From: Candidatus Krumholzibacteriota bacterium
Lineage (GTDB): Bacteria; Krumholzibacteriota; Krumholzibacteriia; LZORAL124-64-63
Direction of reading: 5' to 3'
Length of the DNA: 45,819 bases
Assembly: GCA_039714075.1 (NCBI GenBank)
Contig: JBDLKA010000020.1
Span: 1-45,819, forward strand
In this document: positions 1 through 9,237 of the stretch, one piece after another
Layout: the number at the start of each line of letters is the position of its first letter
How positions within the stretch are numbered: the first letter of the stretch is position 1
The notes under the pieces: model-generated
What the model saw: only the letters and a program-made list of their open reading frames with translations
Database searches by the model: none
Told to the model about the DNA's origin: nothing
Program-made: the position numbers and the translations under genes

Positions 1-1317
1 GTGGACGGGTTGCAGTTCGTCAGCACCATTCGCGACATCACGCGGCGGAAAAACGTCGAACGCAGGATGCAGGCCAACCTCAACGCCCAGCAGGTGATCG
101 GGGCCATCCTCCACCTTTCGCTCGAGCCCATCACCCTGGAGGATTTTCTGCAACAGACCCTGGAAATGATCCTGGACCTGCCCTGGCTGTCACTAATGAA
201 GAAGGGAGCCGTCTTCCTGGTGGAGGACGAACCGGATGTCCTGGTCATGAAGGCGGAAGTCCGGCTGCCGGATTCCCTGCTGGCCAGTTGCGCGAAGGTC
301 CGGTTCGGACAATGCCTGTGCGGGCGGGCCGCGGCCGACCGCGAGATCGTTTTCGCGGATTGCGTCGACCACCGGCACGAAACCGTTTACGAAGGCATGA
401 AGCCCCACGGGCATTATTGCATTCCCATCGCGTCGGAAGACCGGCTTTACGGCGTCATCAACCTCTATCTCCAGGAAGGTCACATCGCCGGCCGAAGTGA
501 AGATACTTTTCTCAAACTGGTGTCCGACGCCCTGGCCGGCACCATCAAACGCAAACAAGCCGAACTGTCCTTGCGGGAGAATGAAAGCCAACTTCTGGCC
601 GCGCAAAGCATCCAGGAACACATCCTGCCCGAAGCGCCCCCGGCGATTCCCGGTTTCCAGATCGCGGGCGCCTACAAACCCGCCGAATTCGCCGCGGGCG
701 ACCATTACGACCACTTCCTTTTGCCCGACGGGACGCTGGGCTTCGGCATCGGCGACGTCAGCGGTCACGGATTCAGCTCGGCCCTGCTCATGGCCTCGAC
801 GCACGCCTACATCCACTCCCTGTCCGGCATGGGGCTGGACATCAGCCAGGTGTTCCGGCAGGCCAACACGAACCTGAACAAGGAGACCGATGTCGGCCAG
901 TTCATCACCGCCATCATGGGCCGGATCGATCCCCGGACCCGCGAGCTGACCTATGTCAGCGCCGGGCATCCCACGGGGTACGTGATCGACGTATCAGGCG
1001 AAATCAAGGCCCAGCTGACCAGTACCGGGATTCCCCTGGCCGTCCTGCCGGAAGGCGACTACCCGCTGGGTGATCCGGTGCAACTGGAACCCGGGGACAT
1101 CGTGGTCATGTTGACCGACGGGGTTCTCGAAGCCATGTCGCCGGCAGAGGAATTTTTCGGGGAGGAACGGACCCTGGCCGTGGTTCGGCGGAACGTGGAC
1201 CGGACCGCGGATGAAGTCGTCGATGCCATCATCCGGGCCGTGGACGAATTCAGCGACAGCGCGCGCCAGGACGACGACATCACGGCCGTCGTGATCAAGG
1301 TGGTGGACAGGGAATGA
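1..1317 (+). CDS. PAS/GAF + PP2C (SpoIIE/RsbU-type) serine phosphatase, 5'-partial
   Basis: PAC-like end (IRDITRRK), GAF region (GQCLCGRAA...HGHYCIPI), PP2C motifs AGDHYD, GDVSGHG, TDGVLEA, DDDIT. The ORF starts at the window edge. Confidence 0.9.
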   Translation: MDGLQFVSTIRDITRRKNVERRMQANLNAQQVIGAILHLSLEPITLEDFLQQTLEMILDLPWLSLMKKGAVFLVEDEPDVLVMKAEVRLPDSLLASCAKVRFGQCLCGRAAADREIVFADCVDHRHETVYEGMKPHGHYCIPIASEDRLYGVINLYLQEGHIAGRSEDTFLKLVSDALAGTIKRKQAELSLRENESQLLAAQSIQEHILPEAPPAIPGFQIAGAYKPAEFAAGDHYDHFLLPDGTLGFGIGDVSGHGFSSALLMASTHAYIHSLSGMGLDISQVFRQANTNLNKETDVGQFITAIMGRIDPRTRELTYVSAGHPTGYVIDVSGEIKAQLTSTGIPLAVLPEGDYPLGDPVQLEPGDIVVMLTDGVLEAMSPAEEFFGEERTLAVVRRNVDRTADEVVDAIIRAVDEFSDSARQDDDITAVVIKVVDRE

Positions 1318-1363
1318 CATGGCGGGCGCCGTTGGATTCCGGTGCCCCGCCGATCCCCGGCTC

Positions 1364-1855
1364 CTAACTCATCGATTTCTTTTCCTGCAGGCGCCGGAAG
1401 GTGAAGTAACCGATCCTCGGTTCAACCAACCGTTCGAATTCCCAGAACGGCATGGTCAGTATTTCGGTGTGGGTTCCCGCGTTGAAGGAAATCGTGTCCG
1501 CCCGGATCAGGCTCCCGGCCACGTAGACCTCCATCCCGTACAGATGGCCGAACGGCGGCATGGCGCCCAACTCGCAGTCGGGAAACAATTCCTCGAATTC
1601 GTCCTCCACCGCCAGGCTGATGGTGTCCGCGCCCGCGGTTTCCCGCAGCAGGTGGAAATCGACCTTGCTGTCCGCCGGCAGCACGGCCATGGCCATCTGG
1701 CCGTCGAGCTTGACCAGGACGGTCTTGGCGAATAATCGTCCCGGCACGCCTGACTTGAAGGCCACATCCTGGGCCGCATAGGCGCTGGGATGCTCCGTCA
1801 TTTCGAAATCGACTTTGTTCTCGGTGAGATATTCCAGGAGTTTTGCGCAGGGCAT
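1364..1855 (-). CDS. YbaK/EbsC/ProX-family aminoacyl-tRNA deacylase
   Basis: AKTVLVK, FPDCELGAMPPFG and FNAGTH motifs. ATG at 1855 gives 163 aa, a typical size. Confidence 0.88.
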   Translation of the reverse strand: MPCAKLLEYLTENKVDFEMTEHPSAYAAQDVAFKSGVPGRLFAKTVLVKLDGQMAMAVLPADSKVDFHLLRETAGADTISLAVEDEFEELFPDCELGAMPPFGHLYGMEVYVAGSLIRADTISFNAGTHTEILTMPFWEFERLVEPRIGYFTFRRLQEKKSMS

Positions 1856-2063
1856 TTCGGTCCTCCCCATTTTATGGGTAAGCGGGGGACCCTGATGCCG
1901 CGCCGGGCGCATATCGAGGCTGGGTAGCTCGCCCGCGCGGCAACGGGCGGCGAACCGGACAGCGGATCGGGGGTGGCTATGCTCAAGGACCCGCGGCGCC
2001 GGTGGATGATGTCTACAATCTAGAAATATTCGGTGGGATTGGCGACCGCCGCCGCCGATGGGA

Positions 2064-2831
2064 TCAGTCCCACACCCCCTGCCCGGTCAATTGTTTTTCC
2101 GCCGCCGGCGCCCACCCCCGGTTCGCGGCCGGGCTGGCCGGGCTAGGGTGCAGCACGGTGCCGATGCGTGCGGGCACATGCTCCAAGGCCCCCCGGGGGG
2201 CCTTCGATCCGAACAGCGAATCCAGTTTTTTGCGGGCGAAGCCCCCCACTCCGATCACCCATTCGGGTTGGTACAGGTCGACCAACCGCACCAGGCGCCG
2301 GTCGCAGGCCGCGAACAGGGGTACGGATTCCGAGGCCGGCAGCTTGTCCGGGGTGCGGTTGCGGGCGCTCTCCTCCATGAACACCAGAGGGCAGTAGTTG
2401 ACGATGAAATGATCAGCGAAAAACCCCTCCGGGCCTCCGAACCGTTCGCCGAAATACCCCCACAGCCGCCGGCCGCTGACCTCCGAGCGGGGGCAATCCA
2501 GCCCCTGGACTGGCCGTTTGGGATGTTCGGGATCGGGACGTCCCACCTGGCCGTCCAAATCCAGAAATTCTTTCACCGCAGCAATTTCCCCAAAGGGCAC
2601 CCCGGTCTGCGCCATGCCCCAGGGCCCCGGATTCATCCCCAGCATCAACACGCGCCGGGGTGAGGCGCCCCACCTGCGAACGTACTGCTCGTGCAGGGGC
2701 CAGGCATACCGAAGGGGGTTGTAGACCCACGCCACGGGGTCGCTGAAACCGAGATCGTCGACTTCGTCGCAAAGATCGGTGGCGGCTGCCAGGACTTTCT
2801 CGGCAAAGCCGGGTTGGTTGAGCTTGGTCAT
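2064..2831 (-). CDS. SMUG1-type (family 3) uracil-DNA glycosylase
   Basis: YNPLRYA, GMNPGPWGMAQTGVPFG, SEVSGRRLW, NYCPL and HPSPASP are SMUG1 signature motifs. Confidence 0.92.
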   Translation of the reverse strand: MTKLNQPGFAEKVLAAATDLCDEVDDLGFSDPVAWVYNPLRYAWPLHEQYVRRWGASPRRVLMLGMNPGPWGMAQTGVPFGEIAAVKEFLDLDGQVGRPDPEHPKRPVQGLDCPRSEVSGRRLWGYFGERFGGPEGFFADHFIVNYCPLVFMEESARNRTPDKLPASESVPLFAACDRRLVRLVDLYQPEWVIGVGGFARKKLDSLFGSKAPRGALEHVPARIGTVLHPSPASPAANRGWAPAAEKQLTGQGVWD

Positions 2832-2943
2832 TCTCTGCTCCGTTTGGGGTCCGCCCGGTCACGCCGGGGAAATCTTGCCATTCCCCCGGGGGCGTGACAT
2901 CCTGTGTTTCGTGTATCCAAACATGAAACGGCGGAGGATTCAA

Positions 2944-4617
2944 ATGCGCATGGCGGTGATTCTCATGATGACGGCGGTTTTTGCCTCGGGTTGTGGAAAT
3001 GGTCCCACCGGCAGCCACGCGGATCTCATCCTGACCGGCGGTCATGTCCTGACCCAGACCGACACTCCGTTCCCCACCCCGCCAACCGCCGTCGCCATGG
3101 CCGCAGGGAAGATATTGTATGTGGGCTCGGACGATCAGGCGCTTCAGACGAAGGGCCCCGAAACCAGGGTCGTCGATCTTAAAGGCGCCACGGTAATTCC
3201 CGGCCTCGTGGACAGCCACTGCCATCTTTACGGGCTGGGCAAAAGTCTGGCACAGATCGACCTGATGGGCACCGGGTCGCCGGAGCAGATTCTCGAAATT
3301 GTCGGCAGGGACGCTGTCAAATTCGCAGCCGACTCCTGGATCGAGGGCCGCGGCTGGGACCAGAACGACTGGGAAATAAAGGAATACCCCCACCGCCGGA
3401 TGCTGGACGGGATCATCGCCGACCGTCCTGTTCTTCTGCGCCGCGTCGACGGTCACGCCGCCTGGGTCAACAGCGAAGCCCTGCGCCGGGCGAGCATCAC
3501 CCGGGACACGCCCGACCCCGAGGGCGGCGAGATCCTGCGTGACGAACAAGGCGAACCGACCGGCATCCTGATCGATAACGCCGGCGCCCTGGTTTCCGAA
3601 AAAATCCCTGATATTGGCGCCGAAGAAACCCGGCGGCGCATCAAACTGGCGATCGACCACTGCGTGGCCCACGGGCTGACCGGGGTCCATGAGGCGGGCG
3701 TTAAGTGGGAGCGCGCCCAGGTCTACCGCGACATGGCCGCCGCCGGTGACCTGGATCTGCGCGTGTACGCCATGTACGACGACCTGCCCGCCACGCTGGA
3801 AAAGGCCTACGCCGAGGGTCCGGTGTTCACCGATGACGGCATGTTGACCATCCGGGCGATCAAACTCTACGCCGACGGCGCCCTGGGCAGCCGCGGAGCC
3901 TTGCTGCTGGAAAATTACTCGGACCGGCCGGATCACCGGGGCCTGCCCGTGACCCCACCAGACCACATGCGCGAAGTCATGGCCAAGGGCGGCCGCGCGG
4001 GCTTCCAGATCTGCACCCACGCCATCGGGGACGGCGCCAACCGCCTGGTCCTGGATCTTTGCGAAGAGGTGCTCGCCGAACTGAACCTGGAAGATGCCCG
4101 CTGGCGCGTGGAGCACGCCCAGATCCTGGACCCGGCGGACATCCCCCGCTTCGGTGAACTCGGCGTGATCGCAGCCATGCAACCGGTCCACTGCACCAGC
4201 GACATGGACTGGGCCGACGAACGCCTGGGTGCTGAAAGGTTGGCCGGCGCCTACGCCTGGCGGTCCCTGCTGGATTCGGGCGCCCATCTCTGTTACGGAA
4301 CCGATTTTCCCGTGGAAAAGGTGAACCCCCTGGCCGGGCTGTATTCGGCCGTCACCAGAACCCACCCCGACGGCACGCCCATCGGCGGGTGGCAGCCCCA
4401 GGAGGCCGTGGACGCCGCCACCGCTTTGGAACTCTACACCGCCGGCAGCGCCTTCGCGGGCTTCCGGGAAAATGAATCGGGCCGCGTTGCTGAAAACCAT
4501 CAAGCGGACCTGACGATCCTCGACGGCAATCCCGTTACCTGCGCTCCCGCCGACCTGTTGACGATGAAAGTGATGATGACCATCGTGAACGGACGTGTGG
4601 TTTACGAAAACCCCTGA
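2944..4617 (+). CDS. Amidohydrolase_3 (YtcJ-like) metallo-hydrolase, predicted lipoprotein
   Basis: PGLVDSHCH, IKLYADGALGSRGA, HAIGD, RVEHAQ and GTDFPVE motifs. GGAGGA RBS precedes the ATG at 2944, and there is a lipobox-like FASGC. Confidence 0.88.
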   Translation: MRMAVILMMTAVFASGCGNGPTGSHADLILTGGHVLTQTDTPFPTPPTAVAMAAGKILYVGSDDQALQTKGPETRVVDLKGATVIPGLVDSHCHLYGLGKSLAQIDLMGTGSPEQILEIVGRDAVKFAADSWIEGRGWDQNDWEIKEYPHRRMLDGIIADRPVLLRRVDGHAAWVNSEALRRASITRDTPDPEGGEILRDEQGEPTGILIDNAGALVSEKIPDIGAEETRRRIKLAIDHCVAHGLTGVHEAGVKWERAQVYRDMAAAGDLDLRVYAMYDDLPATLEKAYAEGPVFTDDGMLTIRAIKLYADGALGSRGALLLENYSDRPDHRGLPVTPPDHMREVMAKGGRAGFQICTHAIGDGANRLVLDLCEEVLAELNLEDARWRVEHAQILDPADIPRFGELGVIAAMQPVHCTSDMDWADERLGAERLAGAYAWRSLLDSGAHLCYGTDFPVEKVNPLAGLYSAVTRTHPDGTPIGGWQPQEAVDAATALELYTAGSAFAGFRENESGRVAENHQADLTILDGNPVTCAPADLLTMKVMMTIVNGRVVYENP

Positions 4618-4770
4618 TCGATACCACTCATTCTCCTGGAACCATGATGCAGGAATGACGTATTGTCCTACTTGTTATCTGTAGATAAGGTTTTTGCCCA
4701 TGACTTCAGGCGTTCCCGCCGGGGTCATCAACCACCGGCCGCGGTCGGACCTTTGAATGGAGTAATACAA

Positions 4771-5979
4771 ATGCGCCCTGACAACCCATTGAAAAGGCTG
4801 GTGCTGCTGAGCCTCCTGGCCGCCTTCGTGTTCGGCGTGACCGGCGCGGCCGTGGCCGCGGAACCGGCCAACTTCACCGAAGCGCTGGCCCAGGCCGCCG
4901 CCGAAGACAAGGTCCTGGTCGTCGACTTCTACACCGATTGGTGACCCGGCTGCAAGGTGTTCGCCCGTGAGGTGAACGAAAACGCCGCCATGATCGCCGC
5001 CCTCGACGGAGCCCTCCTGTGGAAGGTCGACTGCGAAAAAGGTGAAGGCATCGAGATCGCCAAGAAATACGAAATTCGCGGCTACCCCACCTACATCGCC
5101 CTGAACGGCGCCGGTGAAATCACCGATCGCTGGATCGGCTACGAGGGCGCCGAAAAATGGTCCGCCGCCGTGGTGGCCGCCAAGGCCGACCGGCGAACCA
5201 TCGTAGAGAAGAAAGCCGCTTTCGAGGCCGAGCCGACCCCGGAACTGGCCAAGGCCCTGGCCAACGACGCCGCCACCGGTTCCCAGTACAAGGCCGCCGT
5301 GGAGTATTACGGCAAGGCCCAGGAATTGGATCCGGACAACGCTTCGGAATACGGTGATCAGATCCTGATGAGCATGCTCTACGGATTGGAAGACGATTCC
5401 TTCACCCTGGATGAAGTGATCGCCAAGGCCCAGCTGTCCATGGAATCCGACCAGACACCTGCCGCGGGTAAACTGGAACTGGCCCTGATGATCAAGCATT
5501 TCGCCGGCCAGAAAGGCCAGGTCGAAAAGGCCGTTCCCTTCATCGAGGCCGCCTTCGCCGCCAGTGAAGGCAGCACCGATCCCGACGCGATCAAGTACCG
5601 GAACTACCTGGCCGTCGACCACGCCCTGCTGGTGGAAAAAGATACCGCCAAGGCCATGGATCTGTTCCGGGGCCGGATGCCTGAAGGCTGGCAGGAAGAC
5701 GCCGATCAGCTGAACAAGTTCGCCTGGTGGTGCTTCGAAAACGGGGTCAATCTTGAAGAGGCCCAGAAATATGCCCTCAAGGGTGTCGAACTGGCCGAAA
5801 CCGACGGCCAGCGGGCCAACATCCTGGACACGGCGGCCGAGATCTGCAACGCGCTGGGGAATTGCGACCAGGCGCTGGCGCATATCAAGCGGGCCATCGA
5901 ACTGAGTCCGGAACAGGAGTATCTGAAGGATCAGTTGGCGCGGTTCGAGAAGATCGTCGAGGAGAAGAAGGCCGGCTGA
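4771..5979 (+). CDS. Exported thioredoxin-fold + TPR protein with in-frame TGA (probable selenocysteine, W-U-P-G-C)
   Basis: ATG 4771 with GGAG RBS and a signal peptide. VLVVDFYTDW-TGA(4942-4944)-PGCK continues in frame into the 4957..5979 ORF, which has the cis-Pro motif IRGYPT and TPR-like helices. A hairpin lies just 3' of the TGA. Confidence 0.85.
4959..4977 (+). promoter_or_regulatory. Putative bacterial SECIS hairpin
   Basis: GTTCGCC-cgtga-GGTGAAC forms a 7-bp stem (one G-U) with a 5-nt loop, G at loop position 2. The loop starts 21 nt after the TGA. Confidence 0.6.
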
Positions 5980-6000
5980 TCTTCATAGTGTCCGAACAGA

Positions 6001-6027
6001 GAAAGGCCCCCCGGGGGGCCTTTCTTT
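6001..6027. terminator. Probable bidirectional intrinsic terminator
   Basis: GAAAGGCCCCCCGGGGGGCCTTTC is a perfect palindrome with A/T flanks, between convergent genes. Confidence 0.8.
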
Positions 6028-6049
6028 GTTGGTTCAAAAACCGCTGAAT

Positions 6050-7069
6050 CTATTCCCACCCCGCCAGCGAAGCCGAAACCCGCCAGTACCCGTGGTGCTT
6101 GTCGGCATCATCCGGATCCTTCTCCCGGATGTTCTCCACCTTCCAGGTCAGGGTGTGCTCCCCGGGCGTCAACCATTCACTCAGGTCAATAAACTCGGGA
6201 TCGGCCACATCCCCCGGACACCAGCCGCTCCGCGAATAGTCGCTGCTCCAGGATCCGTCCGACCACTTGGCGCAATACGGATTCACGGTCCGGAAATCCC
6301 CGCAGTCATCCCGCCAGGGGCGCCAGCGGTAAACCTCCACCCCGTCGACCAGCAGGACGTTGTCCTTGGTGATGAATTCGTCGGCGTCCCTGCCGTCGGT
6401 GCAGTGGCCCGTCGTGATCGCGGCGACCTCGACCCAGCGGGTGTGCTCGGGAATGGTCACCGTCGAAGTAACCTCAGGCTTCTCGGCGGTCAGCCCGCCA
6501 TCCGGGAACAGGGCCCCCGTCGCCCAGGCCGGCGGATTGGCCCCGCCCACGGCGTCAGGCGCGAACACCAGCTCGGCGTCGACCTTCCAGGCCGGGGAAA
6601 CCCAGGTGTCGATGAAAACCTCGAATTCACAGTGCCCGGTCAACAGCGGCGCCAGGTGGGTGATATCCACCTCGTGGCTGATCGCCCCGCCGTACGCCGT
6701 CATGAACCGCACCATTTCCACCGGTGCTGTGTCCGGCTTGACCAGCCGGATCCAACCCGCGCGATCCCAACGGTCGACCATGTTACGGATATCCTTGCGG
6801 ATGGGCCGCACCGCGAACCGCAACATCACCCGGCCGGGCATGCGCCCCGTCTCCATTTCCCGGTAGGTGGCCATGACCCGGCCCTTGTCCCGGGCCGAAG
6901 CGAAGGGGGAATCGTATTTCGTGGTGTCGTCGGGGGTGAAATGCACGGTCACATCGCGGAACACCGATACGATTTCAGGGTCGGGAGTCGGCACCCTGTC
7001 CCCGCAGCCGGCCACCACCAGCAGGACACAGGCCAATATCGCTGGACACGCCAGAATCTTCATGAACAT
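6050..7069 (-). CDS. Peptide-N-glycosidase F-like lipoprotein
   Basis: DRWDRAG, EMVRFMTAYG, VDITHLAPLL, TTGH, ADEF and SRSGWCPG resemble PNGase F N- and C-domain motifs. Lipobox VAGC. Confidence 0.75.
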   Translation of the reverse strand: MFMKILACPAILACVLLVVAGCGDRVPTPDPEIVSVFRDVTVHFTPDDTTKYDSPFASARDKGRVMATYREMETGRMPGRVMLRFAVRPIRKDIRNMVDRWDRAGWIRLVKPDTAPVEMVRFMTAYGGAISHEVDITHLAPLLTGHCEFEVFIDTWVSPAWKVDAELVFAPDAVGGANPPAWATGALFPDGGLTAEKPEVTSTVTIPEHTRWVEVAAITTGHCTDGRDADEFITKDNVLLVDGVEVYRWRPWRDDCGDFRTVNPYCAKWSDGSWSSDYSRSGWCPGDVADPEFIDLSEWLTPGEHTLTWKVENIREKDPDDADKHHGYWRVSASLAGWE

Positions 7070-7081
7070 CCCCCGTGATCG

Positions 7082-8374
7082 TTATTTGATGTAACCCAGC
7101 GAACGCAACTGCTTGCGAATCTCCTCGTCCACCCCGGGGTCGCGTTCCCCCTCGGGACCGACCGCGGGTCGTAGCGGCAAGTAGCTTTCCACCCGCTTGC
7201 CTTCCATCTTTTGCAGACGCTTCAATCCCGATTCCGTCGCTCCCTCGAGAAGGATTTTACCCGGCATGTCCTTGGCCGGGGGCAATCCCATCAGGGCCAG
7301 AAAGGTCGGGCAGATGTCCAGCAGCTCCAGGTGGCCGAACTGCCGGCCCGCCTCGTACAGCGGGCTGCGCACCAGGAAGATCCCCCACTCGCTGTGCTCA
7401 TGCGTACCCTTTTGCCCCGACGAGCGCGGTCCGTAGAACCCGTGGTCCGACAACACCACCGTTTGGCGGTCCGCCGGGAACCAGCCCAGCACCTCGCCCA
7501 TGACCTCGTCCGACCAGTCGTAGTACCGCGTCACCACATCCTTGAAGACGGCGACTTTTTCCGGATCGAGCCGGGCACTGACCTTTTCCGGCTTCAGGAA
7601 ATCGTAGAAATGGTGGCTGATCATGTCGGGACCGCGCAGGTAGAAGAAGAAGAGATCGAAATCGCCGGTCTCGGCAAGCATGCGCGACACGGCCAGGTAA
7701 CCCAAATCGGCGGCCAGGATGTCCCGCAGCTTGTCCATGTCACGGGGAAATTTTTCTTCAACGGCCGCCAGGTCGTCGGTATTGAGGAACCGCAGCAACG
7801 TTTCGTCGGACAGCCCATCCGGATCGACCCTCAGGGCCACCACCGCGTCGGTCAGGGAATCGGGATGGACCAGGTTGGCCAGGGGCCGGTCGCGCCCGCG
7901 GCCATAGGGCAGATAATCGCTGACCATCACCCCGTCGATGGGCCGGGTGGGGTAGGTGGTCCACATGCCGGCCACCGCCGTGGACATGCCGGCCGCGCCG
8001 ATCATGTCCCACAGGGCCGGGGCGTACCAGGCACTGCCGGTGACGGGTTTCTGGTCGGACCCCTTGACGAAATTGTTGACGCCGTGCACCTCGGGCCGCA
8101 CGCCGGTCAGGATGCTGGCCCACAGGAGGGGCGATTTTTCCAGGGGGTAGAAGGTTTTCATGCGCCCGTGGCTGGACTGCGCCATGAAGGCTTTCAGATG
8201 GGGCAACCTTCCGTCGTCCATCATGGGTTCCAGCAGGCGCCAGTCGGCCGAATCGATGCCGATGACCAGCAGTTTGCGGGCCTCCGGATCGGGGGCCTGC
8301 TCCTGGCCGCCGCAGCCTGACAACAATATCGAAAGTGAAACCAGCAAAAAAAGGAATCGGCCGTGATGAACCAT
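7082..8374 (-). CDS. Alkaline-phosphatase-superfamily (type I phosphodiesterase/nucleotide pyrophosphatase-like) lipoprotein, AlkP-3
   Basis: IGIDSADW, KSPLLWASILTG, GPDMISH, SDHGF, HEH; C-terminal EEIRKQLRSLGYIK; lipobox LSGC. The start could alternatively be 8389. Confidence 0.85.
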   Translation of the reverse strand: MVHHGRFLFLLVSLSILLSGCGGQEQAPDPEARKLLVIGIDSADWRLLEPMMDDGRLPHLKAFMAQSSHGRMKTFYPLEKSPLLWASILTGVRPEVHGVNNFVKGSDQKPVTGSAWYAPALWDMIGAAGMSTAVAGMWTTYPTRPIDGVMVSDYLPYGRGRDRPLANLVHPDSLTDAVVALRVDPDGLSDETLLRFLNTDDLAAVEEKFPRDMDKLRDILAADLGYLAVSRMLAETGDFDLFFFYLRGPDMISHHFYDFLKPEKVSARLDPEKVAVFKDVVTRYYDWSDEVMGEVLGWFPADRQTVVLSDHGFYGPRSSGQKGTHEHSEWGIFLVRSPLYEAGRQFGHLELLDICPTFLALMGLPPAKDMPGKILLEGATESGLKRLQKMEGKRVESYLPLRPAVGPEGERDPGVDEEIRKQLRSLGYIK

Positions 8375-8402
8375 CTTCGCCAAACGCATCCGGAAACTCC
8401 CG

Positions 8403-9224
8403 TCAGATCGAGACTCGCAGGGCATCCTTCATGACCAGTCCCGACAACAGGGAAAAGACCATGAAGGCCACCAGCCAGTGCATTTCAATACCCAGGTAGC
8501 GGGTTTGCCTCGTCGGCAAACGCAGGGTCAATTCGTCCAGGGAACCGTCCCGGTCCAGAGGCGGCGCGCCCGGATAAAACACCCCGTGCAGCCAGTCTTT
8601 TCTACTGCTTTGGCCCAGGGGCGTCAATTTATTCCCGACCACGACTTCGCGGGTCGCAAGCTCGGTCGTTCCGTGCAGGATCCGCAGCAGATGGGTACCC
8701 CGGTCCTCGGCCCGCAGGCGCCAGGCCAAGGCGCCGGAAAACCCGTCCTTCACCGGACCCGCTTCCACCGTCAGGCCCGCAGGCGTTTCCAGGGTCACGT
8801 CCTCCAGGTTGATGTCCGTCTCCGCGGACAGCTTCAACGAAAGGACCGTGGTCTCCCCGGACTGGAAGGGCCGGTGGGCGAACCGGCTGTCCAGTTGTGC
8901 CAGGGTGAAGACCATGGGTACGGTCAGGACGACCAGGGCCGGCAGGGTCAGGCCGAGATACCTGAAATTGGCCCGGGCCAGGTCGCCCTGGATGCGGCCG
9001 ACCACCCGCAGGTGGTCCTGGTACAAACCCATTTCGTAGATGTGGCCGAACAGGCGGTTCCGTGTCGCGGTCAGGCGCGCCTGGGGCGTGACGGCCTTGA
9101 ACAGCAGCAGGGCCCAAGCTGCGGTTATCACCGACACGGCGAGCATCACCAGCAGGGGCGAGCCTCCCAAAAGGACGACCAGCAGGTCGAACAGGTTGCC
9201 GATGATGTCGGTGAGCCAGGTCAT
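8403..9224 (-). CDS. 3-TM membrane protein resembling EMC3/TMCO1/DUF106 (Oxa1 superfamily), with an inserted extracytoplasmic beta domain
   Basis: Amphipathic N-helix, TM1, a ~45-aa helical hairpin, TM2 with P-x6-P, a ~135-aa beta-rich insert and C-terminal TM HWLVAFMVFSLLSGLVMKDALRV. The CDS is well supported; the family call is by eye. Confidence 0.6.
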   Translation of the reverse strand: MTWLTDIIGNLFDLLVVLLGGSPLLVMLAVSVITAAWALLLFKAVTPQARLTATRNRLFGHIYEMGLYQDHLRVVGRIQGDLARANFRYLGLTLPALVVLTVPMVFTLAQLDSRFAHRPFQSGETTVLSLKLSAETDINLEDVTLETPAGLTVEAGPVKDGFSGALAWRLRAEDRGTHLLRILHGTTELATREVVVGNKLTPLGQSSRKDWLHGVFYPGAPPLDRDGSLDELTLRLPTRQTRYLGIEMHWLVAFMVFSLLSGLVMKDALRVSI

Positions 9225-9237
9225 GCCCGATCAGTCC

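Noticed and set aside
4675..4688. Palindrome TTATCT-GT-AGATAA as an operator for the selenoprotein gene
   Set aside because: It is short, occurs once and matches no regulator consensus I recognise; it cannot be supported without comparative data.
4663..4944. ORFs 4663..4944 and 4957..5979 as two separate genes
   Set aside because: They share a frame and the break splits a thioredoxin active site. The second has no RBS or signal peptide, so a single recoded CDS explains them better.
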